Below, one piece after another: positions 9,825-18,056 of a DNA stretch of 64,000 nucleotides (the first letter of the stretch is position 1; every line of letters begins with the position of its first letter). The notes below the pieces were generated by a model that had not been told where the DNA came from, made no database searches, and was given only the letters and a program-made list of their open reading frames with translations. The stretch comes from an uncultured delta proteobacterium (GTDB taxonomy: Bacteria; Desulfobacterota; Binatia; Binatales; Binataceae): assembly GCA_963734845.1 (NCBI GenBank), contig CAVTIS010000008.1, positions 236,419 through 300,418 of the forward strand, written 5' to 3'. A program made the translations under genes and the position numbers.

Positions 9825-10351
9825 ACCAGAAGCCCACCGGGAAGAACGCCGCCGTCACTTCCTTGGCCCTGCCCAATATCGCTAAGCTAATCGCAGACGG
9901 CGAAATCACCGTTGGCGTGCTTCGTCCCATTGGTTGTGTCGCCACCGCCACCGACAGGCATAATTGCCTGGCCATGCTGGTCCGCCGCCGGGGCGAAACC
10001 TTGACCCAGTTGCTGACGCGGCTCGATCTGGCTATAGCCAAAGCGTTCACCGAAGACATCTTCACTGACGAAGTCAACCCGCCATCGACGACCTCCTGAA
10101 GCAAGGCCGTTCCGCTTCCCTCCCGAATCGATGTTCACCTTCTTCGGAATACCACTTCGTATCTATAGACCTTGTCAACACGGCCTACTCCGGACGCTTA
10201 CGGCTAAAATGGGTTCCTTCCAAGTGCAAGGAGCTTTGATTGGTGGTTGCGTATGCCGCCGGGCTCGACGCTGATTGGCGCTCATCCAGACAAATGGTAT
10301 CTCTCTCGGTCGGATACGCTGTCTGTCATTGGAGTACGTGAGGGGTCGATC

Positions 10352-12424
10352 ATGAGCGGTCCTAATCTTTACTTGGCCCGGCGCGCGTTGCTGGCAGTTT
10401 GCGTGTTCGCGATAGTGGGCCTCGCCTCGGTCCAGGCGGCCGATCTTGCCACCGCCGACCTGATGCGCCGGGCGCAGGCGGGAGACGCTGCCGCCCAGAC
10501 GAAGATTGGTGACTTCTATGAATACGGACAGGGCGGGCTGCCCAAGGATGAGAAGCAGGCCCTGTTTTGGTACCAGAAGGGGGCGGACCAGGGCGATGCG
10601 GGGGCGCAGAACTGGGTCGCCTTCTTTTATGAGAACGGCCGCGCTGGCCTCCCCAAGAGCGACGCACAAGCCGTCGTGTGGTATCGCAAAGCCGCGAATC
10701 AGGGCAATGCCTTTGCGATGGCCACCCTCGGCCTGTACTTCGAAGGTGGCTGGGGCGGTTTACCGAAGAGCGATGTGCAAGCGGCGGCGCTGTATCGCAA
10801 GGCGGCCGAGTTGGGCGACGCGGGCGCGCAGAAGTGCCTGGCGAATTTTTATCTCACCGGCAGCGGCGGCTTGCCCAAGGACGATGCACAGGCGCTGGCC
10901 TGGTTTCGCAAGGCCGCCGATCAGGGCAACGCCATAGCGCAAAACTGGGTCGGTGTCTTCTACGCCAATGGCCGCGGCGGACTGCGCAAGGACGAAGTGC
11001 AGGCCGCGGCTTGGTACCGCAAGGCCGCCGACCAGGGCAACGCCTATGCCCAATGCAACCTGGGCGTCCTTTACGAGGAAGGCCTCGGTGGCCTTCCTAA
11101 GGACGCCAAGCAGGCAGCGGCCCTTTACCGGCAGGCCGCCGACCAGGGCAATGCCGCTGCCCAAGAGAACCTTGGTCGTCTGTGCGTGTGGGGCGAGGGC
11201 GGCCTGCCCCGCGATGATGTCCAGGCGCTGTCATGGTTTCGCAAGGCGGCCGACCAGGGCAGTAACGTCTCACAGAATTGGGTTGGTATTTTCTATGTGG
11301 CGGGTCGCGGCGGCTTACCCAAAAATGACCAACAGGCGCTCGCCTGGTATCTCAAGGCTGCGGATCAGGGCAACATAGCCGCGCAAACCAATGTTGCCGC
11401 GTTTTACGAACAAGGCCGTGGTGGCTTGGCGAAGAACGATGTCCAGGCGCTGGCTTGGTATCGCAAGGCGGCAGCGGCCGGCGATGCCGGAGCGATCGAG
11501 GTTGTTGGAAGCTATTATCAAAATGGCCGCGGCGGCCTGCCCAAGGACGATCGCCAGGCGGCGACGTGGTACCGTAAGGCTGCCGATCTGGGCAATGCCG
11601 GCGCGGAAACAGACGTGGGCTTTTTCTACGCCAACGGTCGCGGTGGCCTGCCCAAGGACGATCGCCAGGCGGCGACGTGGTACCGCAAGGCCGCCGACCA
11701 AGGCGATGCCTGGGGCTCAAATGATTTGGCCGATTTCTACGAGGATGGACGAGGCGGCCTGCCGAAGGATGAAAAGCAGGCGGCGGCGCTGTACCGCCAG
11801 GCGGCGGACAAGGGCAATGCCTTGGCCTTAAACAGTTTGGGCATATTCTACGAGTATGGACGCGGCGGACTACCCAAGGATGAACGCCAGGCGGCGGTCT
11901 TGTATCGTCAGGCGGCGGACATGGGCAATGCCTATGCCCAAGCCGAGCTTGCCTTTTTCTACTTGAACGGTCGCGGTGGCCTGGCCAAAGACGAACGCCA
12001 GGCGGCGGTACTCTTTCGCAAGGCTGCCGACCAAGGCAGCGCCTACGCGCAGTCCAACCTCGGTTCTCTTTACTCGGTTGGCGGGGGAGGACTGCCCCGA
12101 GACGCTGTGCAAGCCGCGGCGTTGTTTCGCAAGGCTGCCGACCAGGGCAATGCGCCCGCCCAAAACAATCTTGGCGATTTTTATGCGAAAGGGCTCGGCG
12201 GCCTGCCCCGGGACGATGCAGAGGCGTTGGCCCTGTTTCGCAAAGCAGCCAGCCAGGGCAACGCGGCGGCGGAAAACTGGGTCGGTGTCTTCTACCATGA
12301 CGGTCGCGGCGGCCTCGCGGTAAACTACCCGGAGGCCATGGTCTGGTATCGCAAGGCGGCAGCGCAGGGCGACAGCAATGCCATCCGCAACATTTACCTG
12401 ATGGAGCATTCGGGGAGACGGTGA
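10352..12424 (+). CDS. secreted Sel1-like repeat (SLR/TPR-like) protein, ~690 aa with about 18 Sel1 repeats
   Basis: Repeated ~36-aa units 'A(Q)xxLGxFYxxGRGGLPKDxxQAxxWYRKAADQGNAxAQ'. ATG at 10352 has 'GAGGGG' 8 nt upstream and starts a signal peptide 'MSGPNLYLARRALLAVCVFAIVGLASVQAAD'. The called ORF start at 10247 is probably too far upstream. Confidence 0.9.
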   Translation: MSGPNLYLARRALLAVCVFAIVGLASVQAADLATADLMRRAQAGDAAAQTKIGDFYEYGQGGLPKDEKQALFWYQKGADQGDAGAQNWVAFFYENGRAGLPKSDAQAVVWYRKAANQGNAFAMATLGLYFEGGWGGLPKSDVQAAALYRKAAELGDAGAQKCLANFYLTGSGGLPKDDAQALAWFRKAADQGNAIAQNWVGVFYANGRGGLRKDEVQAAAWYRKAADQGNAYAQCNLGVLYEEGLGGLPKDAKQAAALYRQAADQGNAAAQENLGRLCVWGEGGLPRDDVQALSWFRKAADQGSNVSQNWVGIFYVAGRGGLPKNDQQALAWYLKAADQGNIAAQTNVAAFYEQGRGGLAKNDVQALAWYRKAAAAGDAGAIEVVGSYYQNGRGGLPKDDRQAATWYRKAADLGNAGAETDVGFFYANGRGGLPKDDRQAATWYRKAADQGDAWGSNDLADFYEDGRGGLPKDEKQAAALYRQAADKGNALALNSLGIFYEYGRGGLPKDERQAAVLYRQAADMGNAYAQAELAFFYLNGRGGLAKDERQAAVLFRKAADQGSAYAQSNLGSLYSVGGGGLPRDAVQAAALFRKAADQGNAPAQNNLGDFYAKGLGGLPRDDAEALALFRKAASQGNAAAENWVGVFYHDGRGGLAVNYPEAMVWYRKAAAQGDSNAIRNIYLMEHSGRR
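10480..12400 (+). repeat. array of ~108-bp imperfect tandem repeats encoding the Sel1 units
   Basis: Recurrent DNA blocks such as 'ggcggcctgcccaaggacga...caggcggcg...tggtaccgcaaggc(g/t)gccgaccagggcaatgcc'. Two adjacent units are near-identical around 11520-11700 ('GRGGLPKDDRQAATWYRKAAD' twice). Confidence 0.8.
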
Positions 12425-12666
12425 GCAGTGGCAATCGCGGCAACGCTCAGGCACCCGGCGGCGACATGCAGTTCTGCGACCGGGGCATCTCGAACGGGAT
12501 GAGTGGCTGCACGAATTGCGAAACTGGATCCACCCGGATCCCGCAACCGGCAAGCCCAATCACTGAGACGGCGCTGTGGTTAGCATATCTCCCAAGCCGG
12601 GTAGGTTGATCGATCTTTCTGGAGTTTGTGTTGAGGCTCATCTTGCGGCCAGGGACAGCGGGCATC

Positions 12667-12927
12667 ATGAGAGCTTCAGCGTTTGTTGCGGTTCTGATTT
12701 TCACGGTTGCGGGGTGTGCCGCGCAGCCGGTACCCTCCAGCATCGAGTCGGCCACAATGTCGGCGGACCGCACCATTACGCTCCGGCTGCGGGCACAAGA
12801 CGGCCGCGGTGCAACCGGCGATGGTGTTCTGGTTTATAGAACCGGCAGCCGGGATTTGGAAGAGGTCCTCGGCCACATCGGCGGGCTGAAGCCGGGCGAG
12901 CCAAAGCCCGTTCCGCCGTGGTCCTAG
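12667..12927 (+). CDS. small lipoprotein (86 aa)
   Basis: 'MRASAFVAVLIFTVAGCAAQ' is a signal peptide with lipobox L-x-x-C ('TVAGC'); lies directly downstream of the Sel1 gene. Confidence 0.5.
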   Translation: MRASAFVAVLIFTVAGCAAQPVPSSIESATMSADRTITLRLRAQDGRGATGDGVLVYRTGSRDLEEVLGHIGGLKPGEPKPVPPWS

Positions 12928-13061
12928 TCGGTGTTTGCAACGACGGGGGGAAAGCCGCTTTTGGTCGGAAGAGTAACTTCTCAGCGACAGCGATTCCGGG
13001 TGAAACCACTTGAATCGATCAGACTTGCTCGTCTTGATTGAGATGCAATGCTGGAGGGACC

Positions 13062-13703
13062 ATGGGACGTTGCATTGGACTGAGTTTCCGGCTGCTGCTG
13101 GTCATTGCATGCGTGGCCCAGGTACGGCTGACACCCGCAGTGGCGCAGGACGTCTTCAACGGCGGGAACCAAGGAGGCGGCAATCCCAATTGCCCGCCCC
13201 CGGTCATTAACGGGATCACGCCGAAAAATTGGTCGTGCCGGACCGGTCCCCAGTATTCCGAGGGAAATCCCGATTGCCCGCCCCCGGTCATACTCATCAA
13301 CGGTCAGCCGACGACGCCTAAGAACTGGTCATGCCCGGGCGGAATGTCCTCGGGTCGGAGCGGCCCCATCGGGCCACTTGAAACCCACCATCCCGGCCCG
13401 CCCTACGTTCCAGGCGCTGCCAATCCATGCCAGCCGGGAGGTCCCGGCAGTTATAACTGGCTTAACAATCCGGTGGGTACGCAATTGCCGCCGGGCTGCG
13501 TGCGCCCCCCCACCGGCACGACGACCACCGATGCGAAGAACGATCCGAGTTACCAAACCGCGCCGCCCGGCAGCTACATCGTGCCGCCTGTGGGGCCGCC
13601 CGGCAGCTACATCGTGCCGCCTGTGGGGCCACCCGGCAGCTACGTCGTGCCGTCTGCGGGACCGCCCGGCAGCTATGTCAATTCCACCGCTGGCCGGCGT
13701 TAG
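13062..13703 (+). CDS. secreted Pro/Gly-rich repeat protein
   Basis: ATG at 13062 preceded by 'GGAGGG'; signal peptide 'MGRCIGLSFRLLLVIACVAQVRLTPAVAQD'. Two 'NPNCPPPVINGITPKNWSC' / 'NPDCPPPVILINGQPTTPKNWSC' modules, then four 'PPGSY(I/V)VPPVG' units. Confidence 0.6.
   Translation: MGRCIGLSFRLLLVIACVAQVRLTPAVAQDVFNGGNQGGGNPNCPPPVINGITPKNWSCRTGPQYSEGNPDCPPPVILINGQPTTPKNWSCPGGMSSGRSGPIGPLETHHPGPPYVPGAANPCQPGGPGSYNWLNNPVGTQLPPGCVRPPTGTTTTDAKNDPSYQTAPPGSYIVPPVGPPGSYIVPPVGPPGSYVVPSAGPPGSYVNSTAGRR
13563..13694 (+). repeat. 33-bp direct tandem repeat x4 encoding PPGSY(I/V)VP(P/S)(V/A)G
   Basis: 'ccgcccggcagctacatcgtgccgcctgtgggg' repeated with few substitutions. Confidence 0.8.
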
Positions 13704-14229
13704 CCCGCCCAATCGAAGGCGCCATTGCTGAAGAACTAGCGTCGGCCCGACGTCGGATGCCGCCACCAGCGGCGCCACCACGGCCGCATCAACGCTATGC
13801 TCTCGGATGACTGGCGATAGGAAGCATCGCAATCGTTGATGTATTGCGCTGACCAGACTCCGCTGCCCAGTAGCGGTTCGCCATCCGCACTGTAAGAATT
13901 GTCCCAGCGACAGGACATGAGAATGAACCGACCGGCGGCCCAGGCCACAACCCCCAGTTCCGTAATCTCCAGTCCTTCGACCGGACCTTCAAAGGTATGG
14001 ACAGCCTCCTGCAGTGCCGCCTCCAGCATCTCCGCGCGCTGATATTTCGGCGCTTTCATGGTCCTGTTTACAACGCTCTAAAAGTGATCCATTCCGCGTT
14101 TTAAGAGCGATGCGTCCCGGCTGATAGTAGTTAGACAGTATCCACCGCCTTGAGGCGGCGTATATGTCCACAGCCACCGGGCGATCGACGACGCTTCCGG
14201 CTACCCGCATGTTCTATCGAAAATTCTAT

Positions 14230-14859
14230 CTATCGGCGGACACGGCTCGCCGTTTCCGGTTGTCCTGTCCCGGACGGCTCAGTCTGGCCCGATGCAGCAT
14301 TCGACGAATAGCGGCGCCACGCGGCAGTCCCAAGTTGTCCGGTCCAGGAACAAATATCGGAAGTCTGAAGCGAGTAAGTGCCCCCGTCTGTGTATCCATT
14401 GGTCGCTTTCAGCGACCAATGTCCGTTGCGGGCAGAAAACGCGCCCGCGGTGGGTGGAGCCCCGTCCCCGGCTTCACTATGAAAACTGTAGGTCCCGTCG
14501 CGATGGATTTCCCACACCCAAGGTCCACCATTCAGCGGGAGCTTCCAAGTGCCAACGAGGTTGGGGTCGACCCCGACGGGCTTCGACGGTTGTGACGTAC
14601 AGGGTCGCATTGCGTTCTGTGCCAGGAAGCATGGGTCGATATGGGGAACCGGACGACCACCACCGCCACCGCCACCACCGCCACCGGGACAAAAGGAGGC
14701 ATTCCCGTCCGTGCTGTCGTAGCAATTGGTTATTGGATTGTAGACTTGTGCCGATGCTGTAGGTTCCAGGGCTATAACGCCGAGTACAACCGCTACAGCG
14801 ACGCAGATGCACGTCATTCCTCGATGTACGACCCTGTCGATCACCCCGAACGTGTTCAT
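14230..14859 (-). CDS. secreted hypothetical protein with a Gly10 tract
   Basis: ATG at 14859 with 'AAGAGG' 8 nt upstream; signal peptide '...MTCICVAVAVVLGVIALEPTASAQ'; mature part rich in G/T/S/W with a G10 run. Confidence 0.5.
   Translation of the reverse strand: MNTFGVIDRVVHRGMTCICVAVAVVLGVIALEPTASAQVYNPITNCYDSTDGNASFCPGGGGGGGGGGRPVPHIDPCFLAQNAMRPCTSQPSKPVGVDPNLVGTWKLPLNGGPWVWEIHRDGTYSFHSEAGDGAPPTAGAFSARNGHWSLKATNGYTDGGTYSLQTSDICSWTGQLGTAAWRRYSSNAASGQTEPSGTGQPETASRVRR
14656..14685 (-). repeat. (GGT/GGC)10 simple-sequence tract encoding Gly10 within the secreted protein
   Basis: Plus-strand 'accaccaccgccaccgccaccaccgccacc'; trinucleotide repeats are prone to slippage. Confidence 0.7.
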
Positions 14860-15055
14860 CTTGCCGACCTCTTTTCGGAGCGCGTTTTGCTCGCTTAACC
14901 CGACATTCCCCAAATGGCCAATCTACCCAGCATCCGGACGAAAATAATAGCGCCTCCTGAGGCGGCGGAAAAGCGCACAAACGCCGTATTTCGTCCCTGG
15001 CCCACCTCGGGCCAGTCCTAATCTGCGTTTTGGAGTGAACTCCGAACTCACGCAA

Positions 15056-16093
15056 TTATGCCACGCCGTTCCTTCGCAGAGACGATGGAACGATCCGGTC
15101 GGCGATCGCGGACAAAATGGCTAAGAGCATAAGGTAAGCCTTATCAGCGGCCGTCGGAGACAGCATCAAAGATGGCGCCCCGTAAAGCCTAGTGCGAATA
15201 CCTGCTGGCGTAAAGCCGCTGCACCAGGCGAGCCCGTCCGACCATACTCGATCATTCCCAACTCTCGATCGTCGAATTGCAGCCGCCAGTGCCGCCCGAA
15301 ACCGCTGTTCGCCGAAGTAGGTTCCGACCGCTGCACATTCCGATATGCGAAGATAATCGCGCCCCGGCATGCCAACACGTCGCATCATACGCCGAAGAGC
15401 AGCCTGTTGCTGGGCGAAGGAGAATTTGTAAAGGCCGAGAAAACGCAGTTTTTCCTGCGGAATCGCCGTCTCGAGCCGGAACGCTACCGACCAATCGCGG
15501 CCCGCTTCGATGATGGTGAAATGGTCCATGAGGAAGTCCATTACTACCGGAAGATAGAAGGCGGTTGGGTGATAAAAATCCTGGTGAATTACGATCGATT
15601 TCTCCGGAATGAGATGCGGAAAAAATTCGGTCAGCACTTTGCCGCTCAGTGCAAGTGTTTTAGCGACGTCGACAAACAGTATCTCGATAGGCGTCTCTGA
15701 GGGCCAGCTTTCTTCGAGCAAGTCACCCGTATGAACTTCTATGAGATCGGCAAACTCCGCTGTGACGTGCCGAAAAATCGCGGCGAAAGACTGCCCCATC
15801 TCGACAGCCTCATCGAACTGCGTCCGGATGAAGTCCACCAAGTATGGCTCATTAGCAATGAAGCGATCATAGGAATGCAGGCGGTTCCCCGCGGCTCTTG
15901 GATTGTCCCTGAGACCCGCAGCGAGGCAACAGGTAGATGCTCCGCAAAAAGCACCGAGTTCAACCACCGCGCCCTCACCGGTGTATACATAGCGCGCCAG
16001 TTGATAAAGCAACTTACGCTCTTCCAGGCCGAGCAGGCCTAAGGCGTAACTCCCGGCTTGCGCATCGGGGGCGAGCCACGGCTTAGCGCTCAT
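15056..16093 (-). CDS. class I SAM-dependent methyltransferase (TylF/MycF / Methyltransf_24-like)
   Basis: 'VVELGAFCGASTCCLA' (motif I, G-x-G-like) and 'ILFVDVAKT' (acidic motif) resemble macrocin-O-methyltransferase-like enzymes. Confidence 0.55.
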   Translation of the reverse strand: MSAKPWLAPDAQAGSYALGLLGLEERKLLYQLARYVYTGEGAVVELGAFCGASTCCLAAGLRDNPRAAGNRLHSYDRFIANEPYLVDFIRTQFDEAVEMGQSFAAIFRHVTAEFADLIEVHTGDLLEESWPSETPIEILFVDVAKTLALSGKVLTEFFPHLIPEKSIVIHQDFYHPTAFYLPVVMDFLMDHFTIIEAGRDWSVAFRLETAIPQEKLRFLGLYKFSFAQQQAALRRMMRRVGMPGRDYLRISECAAVGTYFGEQRFRAALAAAIRRSRVGNDRVWSDGLAWCSGFTPAGIRTRLYGAPSLMLSPTAADKAYLMLLAILSAIADRIVPSSLRRNGVA

Positions 16094-16158
16094 CGTGCTG
16101 GACTTCTCTAGTTTCCATCGACAAACTCGATCGTCCTCCTCAAGGTCGGTGAATGGTG

Positions 16159-17034
16159 TTACGCCAAGGTTGGAACGAGCGCGGAGAACTCGGAGTCCTT
16201 CAATCGCCGGACGAGAGCGTCATAGTTCGAGAGCAATTGGGAGTACGGAATATTAATCGCTTTTTGCGGCCGTCCGTCATAGCGGAACTGAAAAGGGGCG
16301 TCGAGCGCCGTCGCGATGTTCCGTAAAGCTCCCGGGCGTTCGGGAATTTCCTGCCGGGAGCCAGCTCTCGCGAGGTCCTCGAGCAGGTTTTCATAGGGGC
16401 AATGGACCACTCGGCAGTCCCGCGTGGCTTTAAGGAAAACGTCGCGATGCCGAACGATTGTCCGCGCATACGCCAAGCATTCTGGAACATCGATCTGATA
16501 ACTCCGACCGATTACGGCACCATCATAGTTGTGCCAGAGGTTTCGCTGTGAGGCGATCAATGCCGAGATCGCGCAGTGAATTACATTTCTCGTGGTATGA
16601 ACCAGTGTAGCTCCACGAGATTGCAAATAAAATAAGAGAAATGGGAAAGAACTAGAATCCCAAGCGACTGGCGCAATGCGCGTCAGTTGATTGTATTTGA
16701 TATCAACGCCAAAGGCGTAGCAGTTGCTCTTCTTATTGCCTTCCCAATGATAGCGAATGCGATACCGTACAAATTCAAAATATTCGTCGAGGAATGACTC
16801 GGCGTCGCCGAAACTCCCCTGAAAAAAGCTGCGAGCCGGAAGGCTGCGGCAGTAGTTGTCCCAGTGGGCGGGCGCTGGGCTCGGTGTCAGCACTTCACCA
16901 AGCATTGCTATCCGTTCGTTAGTATTAAGGATTTCGCGCAATAGATTAGTGCCGGTTCGCTGAGCGCCGATTACCGCAAAAAGATGATTGCCACTGGCTC
17001 GTGAAGAAATATTATGGCCAGCCAAGACCCTCAT
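16159..17034 (-). CDS. sulfotransferase (PAPS-dependent)
   Basis: 'FAVIGAQRTGTNLLREIL' matches the 5'-phosphosulfate-binding loop (G-x-x-R/K-S/T-G-T-x-x-L); GC near 50%. Confidence 0.7.
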   Translation of the reverse strand: MRVLAGHNISSRASGNHLFAVIGAQRTGTNLLREILNTNERIAMLGEVLTPSPAPAHWDNYCRSLPARSFFQGSFGDAESFLDEYFEFVRYRIRYHWEGNKKSNCYAFGVDIKYNQLTRIAPVAWDSSSFPFLLFYLQSRGATLVHTTRNVIHCAISALIASQRNLWHNYDGAVIGRSYQIDVPECLAYARTIVRHRDVFLKATRDCRVVHCPYENLLEDLARAGSRQEIPERPGALRNIATALDAPFQFRYDGRPQKAINIPYSQLLSNYDALVRRLKDSEFSALVPTLA

Positions 17035-17134
17035 CGTTAAGCCACTGTCAGAATCTTACGGGCGCTCTGGTCAAGGCCTTGAGTCGTGAGTACCCCAGTT
17101 GATCGGTCGCGGCTACGGACACATCGAAACCCGG

Positions 17135-17995
17135 TCAAGTGGAACTGGAGTCGACGATCAGTCTCTCAACGGCCCGGCGGCTGCTTTCCCAAGCCGACCA
17201 GAATCGAGGTGAACCAGTTTCGATTCGGTCGGTAGCCAGGCAGCGGAGCCATAAGTACGCTTCCCGAGTGAGCGGACGGAGATTCGGACTCGTGTCAAAG
17301 TCGAATTCGTTGAAGAAGCTGTGACGCAAGTTCGGATTGAGAAACCTGCTGGCGAACTGCTCAATGCCAGCTTCTTCGGTATCACTTAGAGGGATTTTCA
17401 GACCGCGCACGATACGTTCAAGCTGCCGCCGCGGGTCCTCCATCACCAAATCATAGTCGGCAACGATGAATGGCCTGTTGGCGATCTTGCTTAGGTTTGG
17501 GACCATGTAACTTAACCACAGCAAGTGCGCTATTCCTGGATTCATGCCTTGGCGTTGTAATAGCGAAACAGCCACGCTCAACGGATTTCTGATTACCACC
17601 AAGTAGCATTCTTCCACTTCAAGACGATGGAGCACTGAGTGCCAGAAAGGCAATAGCCGAATAGTGCGCGGATCCTTGAAGCCCCAAAGCGGATGACTTG
17701 CGAAGGTGGATCTAAGGTATTTGACGGCGTCGGCGAGCAGAGCCCCGACTTCAGGTTCGCGCCATCGGGAATCGTCAATCAGTGTAACATCTTCCCACTT
17801 AAGTCCGAAGACGGTGAGGAGACGTTCGTTCAGCTCGCAAATGTTCTTATCTTCCCAATAACCAGTCGGGTTATCGGGCTGTGGGCTTAGAAAATTATTC
17901 CCCAGGTAGACGCCCAACATTTGCAGACCGCGGGCGAGGGCGCTGGTGCCGCTCCGATGCATTCCAAGTACCAGTACGGCGCGTGAGGATCGCAT
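17135..17995 (-). CDS. sulfotransferase (PAPS-dependent), paralogous type
   Basis: 'VLVLGMHRSGTSALARGL' 5'-PSB loop; also '...RNPL...' further along; GC near 50%. Confidence 0.7.
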   Translation of the reverse strand: MRSSRAVLVLGMHRSGTSALARGLQMLGVYLGNNFLSPQPDNPTGYWEDKNICELNERLLTVFGLKWEDVTLIDDSRWREPEVGALLADAVKYLRSTFASHPLWGFKDPRTIRLLPFWHSVLHRLEVEECYLVVIRNPLSVAVSLLQRQGMNPGIAHLLWLSYMVPNLSKIANRPFIVADYDLVMEDPRRQLERIVRGLKIPLSDTEEAGIEQFASRFLNPNLRHSFFNEFDFDTSPNLRPLTREAYLWLRCLATDRIETGSPRFWSAWESSRRAVERLIVDSSST

Positions 17996-18056
17996 ATCAA
18001 ATCAATCGGTCGACTCCTAGCGGGAATGAGCCGCTTGCCCCGCTTCGCCGTGGTCC

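Noticed and set aside
12519-12534. Palindrome 'ggatcc-accc-ggatcc' downstream of the Sel1 gene
   Set aside because: Short, GC-rich and without a T-tract; insufficient to call a terminator or a binding site
10362-12559. Several long ORFs in other frames and on the opposite strand inside the Sel1-repeat gene (for example 11352..12443 -, 10506..10937 +, 11870..12559 -)
   Set aside because: Arg/Pro/Gly-rich translations produced by the GC-rich repetitive coding sequence; the Sel1 frame has a clear family signature and a signal peptide
13563-13694. Regular 33-bp direct repeats, considered as a possible CRISPR array
   Set aside because: The repeats are contiguous with no spacers, lie inside an open reading frame and encode the PPGSYIVPPVG protein repeat; no cas genes are nearby
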